Positions 45,069-54,468 of a stretch of 64,000 nucleotides of DNA are shown piece by piece. The stretch's first letter is position 1, and each line of letters starts with the position of its first letter. The DNA is from Falsiroseomonas sp. (GTDB lineage Bacteria; Pseudomonadota; Alphaproteobacteria; Acetobacterales; Acetobacteraceae), in the NCBI RefSeq assembly GCF_051859025.1, contig NZ_JBHYGL010000041.1, positions 76,960 to 140,959 on the forward strand. Reading direction: 5' to 3'. The position numbers and the translations under genes were made by a program. The notes under the pieces were generated by a model. The model was not told the origin of the DNA. It did no database searches and saw only the letters and a list, made by a program, of their open reading frames with translations.

Positions 45069-45848
45069 CTACCCCCGGAACATGCCCCCGCCATCCACAT
45101 CGACGACGGTCCCGTTCACATAGGCGCCGCGAGGCCCGGACAGGAACACGGTCAGATCCGCGATCTCGACCGCCTCGATCGGGCGGGCGAAAGGCAGGCC
45201 GGTCAGCGTTTCCGCCCAGCGTTCCTCGTCACCGAATTTGAGCTTGGCGTTGACGCGCGCCTGCGTCTCCATCCGGTCCGTCCGCGTCGCGGCCGGGCTG
45301 ATGCCGAAGACCCGCACGCCCATCGCCTGCGTGGCACCGCCGAGCGCGGAGGTGAAGGCGATCAGCGCCGCATTGCCCGTGCCGCCGCAGATATAGCCCA
45401 TGCGCGGCGCACGGCCGGCCATGCCGATGATGTTGCAGATGACGCCCGCGCGCCGCTCCTCCATCCCCGGCAGGTACAGCTGGCACATGTGGATGTAGCC
45501 CATGACCTTGAGGTCCCAGGCCTGCTGCCAGCGCGCGATCGGGATGTCCTGCAGGCGCCCCGACGGGATGGCGCCGGCATTGTTCACCAGGATGTCGATG
45601 CCGGGCTGCGCGGCGTGCACACGCTCCCGCTCCTCGGGCTTCGAGAGATCGGCGGCCAGGGTCTCCACCCGGACCTGCGCGGCGCTGCGCACCTTGTCGG
45701 CGGCGGCGGACAGGGAAGCGGGGTCGCGCCCCACCAGCACCACATCCGCACCCTCCCGCGCGAAGCCTTCCGCGCAGGCAAGCCCGATTCCCTTCGACCC
45801 GCCGGTGATCAGCACCCGCTTGCCGGCAACGCCCATATCCATAGCCAT
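45069..45848 (-). CDS. SDR family oxidoreductase
   Basis: 259 aa from MAMDMGVAGKRVLITGGSKGIGLA (TGxxxGxG; ATG 45848), with an NNAG motif. The track extension to 46127 is rejected. Confidence 0.9.
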   Translation of the reverse strand: MAMDMGVAGKRVLITGGSKGIGLACAEGFAREGADVVLVGRDPASLSAAADKVRSAAQVRVETLAADLSKPEERERVHAAQPGIDILVNNAGAIPSGRLQDIPIARWQQAWDLKVMGYIHMCQLYLPGMEERRAGVICNIIGMAGRAPRMGYICGGTGNAALIAFTSALGGATQAMGVRVFGISPAATRTDRMETQARVNAKLKFGDEERWAETLTGLPFARPIEAVEIADLTVFLSGPRGAYVNGTVVDVDGGGMFRG

Positions 45849-45850
45849 GC

Positions 45851-47392
45851 TCAGACTTCCATCTCGATCAGGAACGGCGTCTCGGAAGCGAAGCTCTGCT
45901 GCATGAGGTCCGCGACCCCCTCCAGCGTCCCCGTCCGCGCCGCTTCCACACCCATGCCGTTCGCCAGCTTCACCCAATCCAGGTTGGGATTGCCGAGGTC
46001 CATCATGTCCAGCGCCGTGCGGCCGGGATTGGCGCCGACGCCCTGATATTCGCCCAGCAGGATCTGGTACTTGCGGTTGGAGATGACGATCGTCGTGATC
46101 GGCAGCCTCTCCCGCGCCTGGGTCCACAGCCCCTGCAGCGTGTACATGCCCGACCCGTCGGCCTGCAGGTTGATCACCCGCCGCCCGGGGGCGCCGATGG
46201 AAGCACCAGTGGCCAGGGGAATACCGCAGCCGATGGCGCCGCCGGTGATGTGCACCCAGTCATGCGCCGGCGCATTGTGGGTGAATTTGTAGAAGCCGCG
46301 GCCGAAGGACACGCTTTCATCGGCGATGACGGTGTTCTCCGGCATCAGCGCCGCCAGCGTCTGCGCCAGGCCCTCCGGCGTCGGCTTGCCGCGCACGGGG
46401 TCGGGGCGGGGCCCGGGGTCCGGGATGGCGGCGGGGCCAGCGCCGAGTTCATCGGCCAGGGCGGTCAGCGCCTGGATCGGGTCGGCCTCGTAGCGCGTCA
46501 GCAGGACGATGTCCGCGTCCTCCCGGTGGTGGCGGGACGGCTTGTTGGGATAGGCGAAGAAGCCGACTGGGGCCTTGCTGTTCACCAGGATGATGGTGGT
46601 GAAGGGCTTCAGCGCCTCGATCGCCAGGTCGGCGGGATAGGGCACGCGTTCCAGCTGCATCCGGCCGCGGCCGCGCGCCACCTTGGCGTTCGACATCTCC
46701 GCCAGGATCGCGGCCCCCGTCGCCTGGCCGATCCGCCAGGCCAGCGCCTGCGCTTCCTCGGTCAGGGCCAGGCCGCCCAGCAGGATCAACACGTTGGACC
46801 GTTCGCGCAGCACGCGCGCCGCGTTGCGCACGGCATGCGGGTCCGCCTGCGGCCGCGCCGGCACGGGCAGCGCCGCGGCCGGGCCGCCCGGCGCCTCGTC
46901 CCAGCAGGTATCGGAGGGCAGGATCAGCGTCGCGATCTGGCCCGGGGAGGTCATGGCCGCCTGCACGGCGGTGGCGGCATCGCGCCCCACCTCATCCGCC
47001 CGCGCCACGGTGCGCGTCCAGCCGGAGACGGCGCGCGCGAAACCCTCGGTATCCGCGGTCAGCTGCGCATCCAGCGGGCGGTGGTAGGTCGCCTGGTCGC
47101 CGACGCAGTTCACCATGGCGGACCGCGCCCGGCGGGCATTGTGCAGATTGGCGAGCCCGTTCGCGAGGCCCGGGCCGCAATGCAGCAGGGTCGCCGCCGG
47201 CTTGCCCGTCATGCGGAAATAGCCATCCGCCATGCCGGTGACGACATTCTCCTGCAGGCCGAGCACGCAGCGCATGCCGGGGATGCGGTCCAGCGCCGCG
47301 ACGAAATGCATCTCGCTGGTGCCGGGGTTGGCGAAGCAGGTATCGACCCCCGCCCCCAGCAATGTGTGCACCAGGCTTTCCGCTCCGTTCAC
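45851..47392 (-). CDS. Thiamine-diphosphate-binding enzyme (acetolactate synthase large-subunit-like)
   Basis: 513 aa. N-terminal Pyr domain (GVDTCFANPGTSEMHF). C-terminal PP domain (GGAIGCGIPLATGA...LQADGSGMYT). Confidence 0.9.
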   Translation of the reverse strand: MNGAESLVHTLLGAGVDTCFANPGTSEMHFVAALDRIPGMRCVLGLQENVVTGMADGYFRMTGKPAATLLHCGPGLANGLANLHNARRARSAMVNCVGDQATYHRPLDAQLTADTEGFARAVSGWTRTVARADEVGRDAATAVQAAMTSPGQIATLILPSDTCWDEAPGGPAAALPVPARPQADPHAVRNAARVLRERSNVLILLGGLALTEEAQALAWRIGQATGAAILAEMSNAKVARGRGRMQLERVPYPADLAIEALKPFTTIILVNSKAPVGFFAYPNKPSRHHREDADIVLLTRYEADPIQALTALADELGAGPAAIPDPGPRPDPVRGKPTPEGLAQTLAALMPENTVIADESVSFGRGFYKFTHNAPAHDWVHITGGAIGCGIPLATGASIGAPGRRVINLQADGSGMYTLQGLWTQARERLPITTIVISNRKYQILLGEYQGVGANPGRTALDMMDLGNPNLDWVKLANGMGVEAARTGTLEGVADLMQQSFASETPFLIEMEV

Positions 47393-47584
47393 CCTCGGGC
47401 TCCCCCATTCAATGGCCGGGGAGGGTGCGCGGGCCGGGCGAAGGCCGCAAGGGGACCCCCTGCCTCATGCACCCCGCGCGGCGCAGGGGTGACAGCGCCG
47501 CAATACTGACGCAGTTTCCGCCGAATGATCCGGGACCCGCACCAGGGGGGCTGGCGGGCTGGATCATCTGTTCTGGGGGCGCCG

Positions 47585-49870
47585 ATGCCACGCTTGGCCA
47601 TCGCATTCTTCTGCTCGGGCTTCGGCGCACTGCTCTGCCAGATCGTCTGGCAGCGCATGCTCGGCATCTTCGCGGGGTCGGACACCGTCTCCGCCGCGCT
47701 GGTCGTCGGCGCCTTCCTGGCCGGGCTCGGGCTCGGGTCCATCATTGGCGCGAAGATCGCGGACCGGCTGTCCCCCCGGAACGCCATGATCGGCTTCGCC
47801 CTGGCGGAGGGCGGCGTCGCCCTCTTCGCCCTGGTGTCGAAGTTCTTCCTCTATGATTTCCTGGCCATGGATTTGGCCGGGGTGGTCGATTCCCCCATCG
47901 CCATCTTCGCGCTGTGCTTCGCCGGCCTGGTGCTGCCCACCACGCTGATGGGCGCCTCCCTCCCCCTGCTGGCGCGCGCCATCGCCACCAACCTGGACAC
48001 GGTGGCGGAGCGGATCAGCAGCCTCTACGGCCTCAACACGCTCGGCGCCGGGCTCGGCGCGCTGCTGGGCGGCTGGGTGATCGTCGGCAATCTCGGCTTC
48101 GTCGGCGCCCTGGTGATGGCCGCGGGCCTCGATGTGATCGCCGTCATCCTGGCGCTGACGCTGCTGCCGACGCTGAGCCGCGAGACACCGCCACCCCCTG
48201 CCCGTGCCGCCGCCGCCGCCGCTGCCTCCAGCGCGGAGCCCTTCGGCAGCCTGAAGCTCTGGTGCCTGCTGGTCTTCCTGTCGGGCTACGTGATCGTGGC
48301 GCTGGAGATCGTGTGGGTGCGGCTGCTGGGCCAGGTCGGCCAGTACCATGCCTACCTGTTCCCGACCGTGCTCGGCATCTTCCTGCTGGCGGACGGGCTT
48401 GGCATGGCGGTGGCAGCGCGGATGGTGCGCCGCATGAAGGACCCGCGCCCGGCCTTCTTCATCACCCAGGCCGGCGGCTTCGCCCTGGCCGCCGTGCTGA
48501 TCCTGGCGCTGTTCATCGCCCTGCCCTACTGGCCGATCAACCAGTTCCTCTCGGCCGATGTGCAGCGGCTGCGCGGCGGCGGGCTGGCGACCACCATCAT
48601 CCTGACGCTGATCGTGGTGGGCCCCCCCTCCTTCCTCATCGGCATGACCTTCCCCTTCGTGCAGCGGGCGGTGCAGCAGGATCTGGCCTCGGTGGGCGCG
48701 CGGGTCGGCTGGGTGCAGCTGGCCAACATCCTGGGCAATGCCGCGGGGTCCATCGGCACGGGCATCGTCACCTTCCACCTGCTGGGCACGGCGGGCACGC
48801 TGAAGCTGCTGGCGGGGCTGTCGGTGCTGCTGCTGGCGGGGTGGCTGTGGAAGGAAGGGCGCGGCCGCAAGCCGGAAATGGCGCTGGCCGCCGCCTGCGC
48901 GCTGGCACTGGTGGCGCTGCCGGGCAATGCCGCGCTCTGGTCGCGCCTGCACGCCGAACAGCCCAACCACCTGGTGGCCTGGGCGGAGGACCGGTCCGGC
49001 GTCGCCTTCTTCCGCGACGACAACGCGGCCGGGCAGGACGGCCCGCACGGCCCCTTCTTCATCCAGGGCTTCTCCCAGGGCCGGATCCCCTTCCTGCCGA
49101 TCCACCAGTTCCTGGGTGCGGTCGGGCCGCTGGTGCATCCGGACCCGAGGATGGTGCTGTGCATCGGCATCGGGTCGGGCGGCACGCCCTGGGCCGCCGG
49201 CGTTTCCGCCGCCACGCAGCAGGTGCGCGCCATCGAACTGGTGGGCCCGGTGCTGACGGCGCTGGAGCAGATCGGCGATCGCTACCCCCAGGGCCCGATC
49301 GCGGAGATGTTCCGCAACCCCCGCTGGCAGCTGGAATACGGCGATGGGCGCCGCGCCCTGTCCAAGGGCGAACAGCTGTATGACGTGATCCAGGCGGATG
49401 CGATCCTGCCGGAGGGATCCCATTCCGGCCTCCTCTACTCCGAGGAATTCCTCCAGCAGGTCCGCCGCCGCCTGGCGCCGGGCGGGATCTATGTGCAGTG
49501 GGCGCCGACGGAGCGGGTGGTGGAGACCTTCAGCACCGTCTTCCCGCATACGCTGCTGCTGATGCCGTCCTCCGTCATCATCGGGTCGGACCGGCCGATT
49601 CCCTTCGATGCACAGGCCCTGGCGCGCCGCTTCGCGGAGCCCGCGGTGCAGGCCCACCTGGCGCGCGGCAACACCGCCTTCAGCGACTACGCCACGCTGT
49701 TCAGCCGCCCGCCGCTGGCCTGGAACCCCTCCACGCCGCGGGTCGGGGCTTCGCTGACGGATGTCTTCCCGCGCGACGAATTCTACATGAACAACACCGT
49801 CACCGGCACGCAGGCGCTGGCGCGGCCGCAGGACCTGATGCTGCGGGCTTCCTCCGGTAGCCGGCCATGA
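47585..49870 (+). CDS. Fused polytopic membrane (MFS-like) domain / spermidine-synthase-like methyltransferase-fold protein
   Basis: 761 aa from MPRLAIAFFCSGFGALLCQIVWQRMLG (ATG 47585). About 12 TM segments. Followed by a spermidine-synthase-like domain (VLCIGIGSGGT..., IQADAILPEGSHSGLLYSEEF, GGIYVQW). Confidence 0.8.
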   Translation: MPRLAIAFFCSGFGALLCQIVWQRMLGIFAGSDTVSAALVVGAFLAGLGLGSIIGAKIADRLSPRNAMIGFALAEGGVALFALVSKFFLYDFLAMDLAGVVDSPIAIFALCFAGLVLPTTLMGASLPLLARAIATNLDTVAERISSLYGLNTLGAGLGALLGGWVIVGNLGFVGALVMAAGLDVIAVILALTLLPTLSRETPPPPARAAAAAAASSAEPFGSLKLWCLLVFLSGYVIVALEIVWVRLLGQVGQYHAYLFPTVLGIFLLADGLGMAVAARMVRRMKDPRPAFFITQAGGFALAAVLILALFIALPYWPINQFLSADVQRLRGGGLATTIILTLIVVGPPSFLIGMTFPFVQRAVQQDLASVGARVGWVQLANILGNAAGSIGTGIVTFHLLGTAGTLKLLAGLSVLLLAGWLWKEGRGRKPEMALAAACALALVALPGNAALWSRLHAEQPNHLVAWAEDRSGVAFFRDDNAAGQDGPHGPFFIQGFSQGRIPFLPIHQFLGAVGPLVHPDPRMVLCIGIGSGGTPWAAGVSAATQQVRAIELVGPVLTALEQIGDRYPQGPIAEMFRNPRWQLEYGDGRRALSKGEQLYDVIQADAILPEGSHSGLLYSEEFLQQVRRRLAPGGIYVQWAPTERVVETFSTVFPHTLLLMPSSVIIGSDRPIPFDAQALARRFAEPAVQAHLARGNTAFSDYATLFSRPPLAWNPSTPRVGASLTDVFPRDEFYMNNTVTGTQALARPQDLMLRASSGSRP

Positions 49871-49913
49871 GGGGGTGGCCTAGATTCGGCCATCCCCGGC
49901 ACGGAGTCGCTGC

Positions 49914-50369
49914 GTGAAGAAGGTCCTGGTCTTCGGCTTCATCTGCGGGGCACTCGCGGTGATCGTCTTCCACCAGGGGACGGTCTGGGTGCTTCACCAC
50001 CAATTCCCGCTGATCAAGGCGGTAACGGGTGCGGCGGACGCCTTCCGGCCGGCAAGCCAGGGCTTCAGCCTTCGGCCGGTGCCGCCACTCGGCGTGCCGC
50101 AGGTGCTGTCCATGGCCTTCTGGGGCGGGTTGTGGGGCATCCTGCTGGCGGCGCTGATCCGCTGGGTCCGCATCCCCGACCTGATGGGCGGCTTCGTCAT
50201 CGGCCTGCTGGCGACGCTGGTCGCCTTCACCGTGGTCGCGCAGATGAAGGGCCTGCCGATGTGGGGCGGGGGCAATTCCATCACCATCTGGCGCGCCGTG
50301 CTGCTGAATGGCGCCTGGGGCTGGGGCACCGCCATGCTGCTGCGCCCCTTCGTCCTGCGCGGGGACTGA
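49914..50369 (+). CDS. Hypothetical membrane protein (4 TM)
   Basis: 151 aa with a GTG start, 43 nt after the fused spermidine-synthase-like gene. Hydrophobic segments with Trp/Gly-rich motifs (MAFWGGLWGILLAAL, LNGAWGWGTAMLL). Confidence 0.6.
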   Translation: MKKVLVFGFICGALAVIVFHQGTVWVLHHQFPLIKAVTGAADAFRPASQGFSLRPVPPLGVPQVLSMAFWGGLWGILLAALIRWVRIPDLMGGFVIGLLATLVAFTVVAQMKGLPMWGGGNSITIWRAVLLNGAWGWGTAMLLRPFVLRGD

Positions 50370-50380
50370 TCCAGCCTGAT

Positions 50381-51535
50381 CTAGCCGGTCAGGCGGGCCA
50401 GCAGGGCCGTCAGTTCCGCCTGGCGGCGGCAGCCAGTCTTGCGGCGGATGGCGGTCAACTGGCTGCGCGCCGTCGCCACCGCGATCCGCCTGGCCTGCGC
50501 GTGTTCCGCCACCGTCTTGCCTGCCGCCAGCGCCGCGGCCAGCGCCCCTTCCGCCGCCGTCAGCCCGAAGGCCTGGCGCAGCAGCGGGGCGCGCGGCCGG
50601 GGGCGCTGTTCGTCATCCGTCACCAGCACCATGACGCCGGTGAAGCCTTCCGGCATGCCCAGCGCCTCCAGCCCCCGCAGCGGCAGCACCTGCACCAGCC
50701 AGGGGGAGGCCCCGGACCGTCGCGGCAGGGTCAGGCCGGCGGCGTCGGGCATCATCTTCACCTTGCCGTCCAGCGCCAGGATCGCCGCCCCCACCCCGCG
50801 CGCCAGCGCCTGGCGCGCCTGCGGGTCGAAGGAACTCAGCCCGCCATCGGGCACGAAGGACAGGCCGTCATCCTCCGCCACCATCATCTCCATCGCGGGG
50901 TTGGTGACGATGATGCGGCGGTGGCGGTCCAGCAGCATCACGCCCTGGCGCAGCGCGGCGAACCCCGCCCGCAGCGCCCGCACCTGTTCCCACCCCGCCG
51001 CCGCCAGCCGCGCCTCCGCCACCAGGGCGCGGCGCATGGCTGCGTAGTAGGGGCGCAGCATCTCCTCCTCGATGCGGGAGAAGGCCTCCGCGCGGACGGA
51101 GCGGTGGAAGGCGACGCCGCCGACGATGCCGCCGGGCGCATGCACCAGCGCCGCCATGCAGTTGAAGGCGCCATCCCGGGGGGCCGCCCATTCGTTCCAG
51201 ATGGGGGTCAGCCGGAACAGGTCGGGCGCCACCACCCGGGCCATGTTCAGCACGCCGTCCGGCGCCTGCGCGGCGGCCTGCGCCCAGGGGTCGTGGCGGA
51301 TCCAGAAGCGGCCATATTCCGCCATCACCTCCGGCGCCGTGTTCGGGCTGCCCTCGGACCGGCTGTCCCGCGGCGTGCCATGGGCGAAGCGCATCAGGTG
51401 GACCGCATGGGTGCTGGTGCCCAGGCGGCGCGCCAGCGGCAGAAGCGCGCTGGCGATGCTGCGGCCGTCCAGCACGGCGGCATACAGGCTCAGCGCGAAG
51501 GCATCCGGATCAGGCAATTCGGGGCGGATGATCAC
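50381..51535 (-). CDS. LuxR-family transcriptional regulator
   Basis: 384 aa. C-terminal LuxR/GerE HTH (LTAAEGALAAALAAGKTVAEHAQARRIAVATARSQLTAIRRKTG). The N-terminal sensory region is unassigned. Confidence 0.8.
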   Translation of the reverse strand: MIIRPELPDPDAFALSLYAAVLDGRSIASALLPLARRLGTSTHAVHLMRFAHGTPRDSRSEGSPNTAPEVMAEYGRFWIRHDPWAQAAAQAPDGVLNMARVVAPDLFRLTPIWNEWAAPRDGAFNCMAALVHAPGGIVGGVAFHRSVRAEAFSRIEEEMLRPYYAAMRRALVAEARLAAAGWEQVRALRAGFAALRQGVMLLDRHRRIIVTNPAMEMMVAEDDGLSFVPDGGLSSFDPQARQALARGVGAAILALDGKVKMMPDAAGLTLPRRSGASPWLVQVLPLRGLEALGMPEGFTGVMVLVTDDEQRPRPRAPLLRQAFGLTAAEGALAAALAAGKTVAEHAQARRIAVATARSQLTAIRRKTGCRRQAELTALLARLTG

Positions 51536-51592
51536 AAGCCACGAATAGCATTATGCCGCATATCAGTTACAGACCTAAAAGCGCGCGGGAGT

Positions 51593-51606
51593 GGAACGAA
51601 TGTTCC
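51593..51606. repeat. Inverted repeat GGAAC-N4-GTTCC in the luxR-type/fdhD divergent spacer (possible operator)
   Basis: ggaacgaatgttcc is seen directly in the sequence. It lies in a relatively AT-rich 153-bp divergent promoter region. No known regulator assigned. Confidence 0.2.
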
Positions 51607-51688
51607 GGGATGCGCGCACAGGCTGCCGGAACCTGCCGCGGGACAGCCCCGCTTGCAGCCAGGCCGCCCCCACCCCACCCTGCATGGC

Positions 51689-52585
51689 ATGACCGAACCC
51701 CTGCTTCGCGTGCAGCCCGACCCCACCGATCCCCGCCTGACACGCCGTGTCACGGGCATGGACCACCTCGGCCAGCCCATCGAGACCAGCGTCACCGTCG
51801 AACGCCCCCTGACGCTCTACCTCAACGGGCAGGAGATCGTGACGATGATGACGATCCTCGACCGGCCGGAGGACCTCGCCATCGGCTACCTGCTGAACCA
51901 GGGCATGCTGAAGCGGCAGGACCGGATCGCCGCCGTCGATTACGACGAGGATTTGCAGGTCGTCGTCGTCCGCACCGATGCGCGGACGAATTTCGAGGAG
52001 AAGCTGAAGAAGAAGACCCTCACCTCCGGCTGCGCCCAGGGCACCGCATTCGGCGACCTCATGGAGGATTTCTCCAGTGTCCAGCTTCCGATGTCAGCCG
52101 AACTGCGGACGTCCTGGCTCTACCGCCTGCTGCACCGGATCAACACGCTGCCGAGCCTGTACCTCGAAGCCGGCGCCATCCACGGCTGCGCGCTCGCCCG
52201 GCAGGACGAGCCCATCGTCTACATGGAGGATGTCGGCCGCCACAACGCGGTGGACAAGATCGCGGGCTGGATGTTCCGCAACGAGGAAGGCCCGGAGGAC
52301 AAGATCTTCTACACCACTGGCCGCCTGACCTCGGAGATGGTCATCAAGACCGTCCGCATGGGCATCCCCATCCTGGTCTCCCGGTCCGGCTTCACCGCCT
52401 GGGGCGTGGAACTGGCGCGGGAGGCGAATCTGACCCTGATCGGCCGCTGCAAGGGCAAGCGCTTCGTGGCCCTGGCGGGCGAAAGCCGCATCGTCTTCGA
52501 CGCCGACCCCGCCTATGTGCCGGAGGAAAGCGCCAAGCACTGGCGCAAGAACAGCCTGGAGCGGATGGCGACCGATGAGGGCTGA
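51689..52585 (+). CDS. fdhD: Formate dehydrogenase accessory sulfurtransferase FdhD
   Basis: 298 aa from [11 protein letters not shown] (ATG 51689). Conserved SGCAQG, IHGCALA and GRHNAVDK motifs. This is only the 3' part of the 817-aa track ORF. Confidence 0.9.
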   Translation: MTEPLLRVQPDPTDPRLTRRVTGMDHLGQPIETSVTVERPLTLYLNGQEIVTMMTILDRPEDLAIGYLLNQGMLKRQDRIAAVDYDEDLQVVVVRTDARTNFEEKLKKKTLTSGCAQGTAFGDLMEDFSSVQLPMSAELRTSWLYRLLHRINTLPSLYLEAGAIHGCALARQDEPIVYMEDVGRHNAVDKIAGWMFRNEEGPEDKIFYTTGRLTSEMVIKTVRMGIPILVSRSGFTAWGVELAREANLTLIGRCKGKRFVALAGESRIVFDADPAYVPEESAKHWRKNSLERMATDEG

Positions 52586-53225
52586 CACGCTGGCCGTGAT
52601 CCTCGCCGGCGGCCTGGCGCGGCGCATGGGCGGGGGCGACAAGCCGTTGCGCCTGGTCGCGGGCCGCCCGCTGCTGGACCATCTGCTGGACCGCCTGCGG
52701 CCGCAGGTGCCGGCCATGGTGCTGAACGCGAATGGAGACCCCGCCCGCTTCGCCGCCTACGGCCTGCCCGTGGTGGCGGACACGCTGCCGGACCATCCGG
52801 GCCCCCTGGCCGGCATCCTGGCCGCGCTGGACCATGCCGCCGCGGCGCATCCCGGCCTGCCCTGGGTGGTGTCGCTGACGGGCGACGCGCCCTTCATTCC
52901 CGAAGACCTCGTGGCCGGCCTGCACGCCGCCCGCGAGGCCGCCGGCACGCCGCTCTCCTGCGCCCGGTCCGACGGCCAGACCCACCCGCCCATCGGCCTC
53001 TGGCCCGTCTCCCTCCGCGGCGAATTGCGCGCCGCGCTGCTGGCCGGCGAACGCAAGATCGATCGCTGGACCGCCCGCCATGGCTGCGCCCATGCCGATT
53101 GGCCGGCCGAGCCCTTCGACCCCTTCTTCAACGCCAATGCGCCGGAAGACCTGGCGGAGGCCGAACGAATTGCCTCTCATTGGGCCGCCCACTTGCAAGC
53201 CGGCAATGTTGCACCGATAGAGTAG
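52575..53225 (+). CDS. mobA: Molybdenum cofactor guanylyltransferase
   Basis: 216 aa from [25 protein letters not shown] (the LAGGxxxRMGGxDK signature). 11-nt overlap with fdhD. Confidence 0.9.
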   Translation: MRADTLAVILAGGLARRMGGGDKPLRLVAGRPLLDHLLDRLRPQVPAMVLNANGDPARFAAYGLPVVADTLPDHPGPLAGILAALDHAAAAHPGLPWVVSLTGDAPFIPEDLVAGLHAAREAAGTPLSCARSDGQTHPPIGLWPVSLRGELRAALLAGERKIDRWTARHGCAHADWPAEPFDPFFNANAPEDLAEAERIASHWAAHLQAGNVAPIE

Positions 53226-53255
53226 CTGTCTCGCGTATCTGGGGAGAACGCCCGC

Positions 53256-53381
53256 ATGAAATCCGTCCTGACCGGTGCCCTCGCGGCCATCGTCATCGCC
53301 ATCGGCGCCTATGTCGTGCTGGACCAGAACTTCCAGCGCACCGCCGACCAGCGCTTCACCACCGAGGGCGTGCGCCTCTGA
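53256..53381 (+). CDS. Candidate small membrane protein (41 aa), below the ORF-track cut-off
   Basis: Own translation: MKSVLTGALAAIVIAIGAYVVLDQNFQRTADQRFTTEGVRL, with one TM helix. GGGGAGA lies 9 nt upstream of the ATG. Confidence 0.4.
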   Translation: MKSVLTGALAAIVIAIGAYVVLDQNFQRTADQRFTTEGVRL

Positions 53382-53403
53382 CACCAGGCTGAGGGAGGGG
53401 GCC

Positions 53404-54459
53404 ATGACGCCACGCCGCATCCCGCTGCTGGATGCGCGGGCGGAACCCCATCCCGCCGCCGCCGCCGCCGCCGCGCGCAGCGCCGATGTCCAGGACATCC
53501 TGGCCATCGCCCGCCGCCGCCACACCGCCGCGGGGCTGCGCCTCGGCGATGCGCTGTCCCGCCGCTGGCTGGCGCGCAACGCCTCCCCCCTCGGCGCGGA
53601 GATCGCCGCCGTCGCCCGCCAGATCGGCCGGCCCGGCGCGCATCTGCTCAACCTCTCCTTCGAATGGGCCTGCACCTGCGGCGTCGAGGCGACGGCGGAG
53701 CCCGCGATGCTGCGCGTGCTGGACTGGCAGATGGACGGGCTGGGAGAGGCGCTTTGCGTCATCCGCCAGGCCGGGCCGGCCGGCGAATGGTGGCATGTCG
53801 GCTGGCCCGGCCTGGCCGGGGCGATCACCGCGATGGCCCCCGGGCGCTTCGCGGTCGCCATCAACCAGCCGCCCCTGCCGCTCAGTCGTATCGGCGCCGC
53901 GGCGCGGGCGCGCGGCTTCGGCCTGGCGGGGCTGGCGGCGGATTGGGTTGGCTCCCGCCCTGGCATCTGGCGCAGCCGCGCCTTGCCGCCGGCGCATCTG
54001 CTGCGGATCGTCTGCGACACCGCGCCCGATTTCGCCACGGCGCTCGCCATGCTGCGGGACACGCCCATCGCCGCCCCCGTCGCCTTCACCCTGGCCGGCA
54101 CAAGCCCGGGCGAGGCCGCCTGCATCGAGCGCAGCCGGGATGGCGCCGCGCCGCGCCAGGCAGCGCAGATCGCGGTGGCGAATCACTGGGACGGGCTCGG
54201 CCTGCCCGGCGCGGCGCGCTGGATGGAAAGCGGCGCGCGCCAGGTGATGATGGCGGGGCTGGTGGAGACGACCCTGCCGCAGGATCTGGGGTGGCTCCGC
54301 CCGCCCGTGCTGAACCGGGGCACGCGGCTTGCCGCCGTGATGCGCCCGGCCTCCGGTCGCCTCACCGTGGCGGGCTTCGCCGGGGAGAGGCAGGTGACCG
54401 CCCTGCTTCACCTGACCGCCGGCGCCGGCGACCCGGAGCGGCACGACGAAGCCGCCTGA
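53404..54459 (+). CDS. Hypothetical protein, Ntn-hydrolase-like (C45/choloylglycine-hydrolase-type pattern)
   Basis: 351 aa from MTPRRIPLLDARAE (ATG 53404). The pattern ...WACTCG...RVLDW...GWPGLAGAITAMAPGRFAVAINQ resembles Cys-nucleophile Ntn hydrolases. Assignment is by eye only. Confidence 0.55.
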   Translation: MTPRRIPLLDARAEPHPAAAAAAARSADVQDILAIARRRHTAAGLRLGDALSRRWLARNASPLGAEIAAVARQIGRPGAHLLNLSFEWACTCGVEATAEPAMLRVLDWQMDGLGEALCVIRQAGPAGEWWHVGWPGLAGAITAMAPGRFAVAINQPPLPLSRIGAAARARGFGLAGLAADWVGSRPGIWRSRALPPAHLLRIVCDTAPDFATALAMLRDTPIAAPVAFTLAGTSPGEAACIERSRDGAAPRQAAQIAVANHWDGLGLPGAARWMESGARQVMMAGLVETTLPQDLGWLRPPVLNRGTRLAAVMRPASGRLTVAGFAGERQVTALLHLTAGAGDPERHDEAA

Positions 54460-54468
54460 ACGGCCGCG

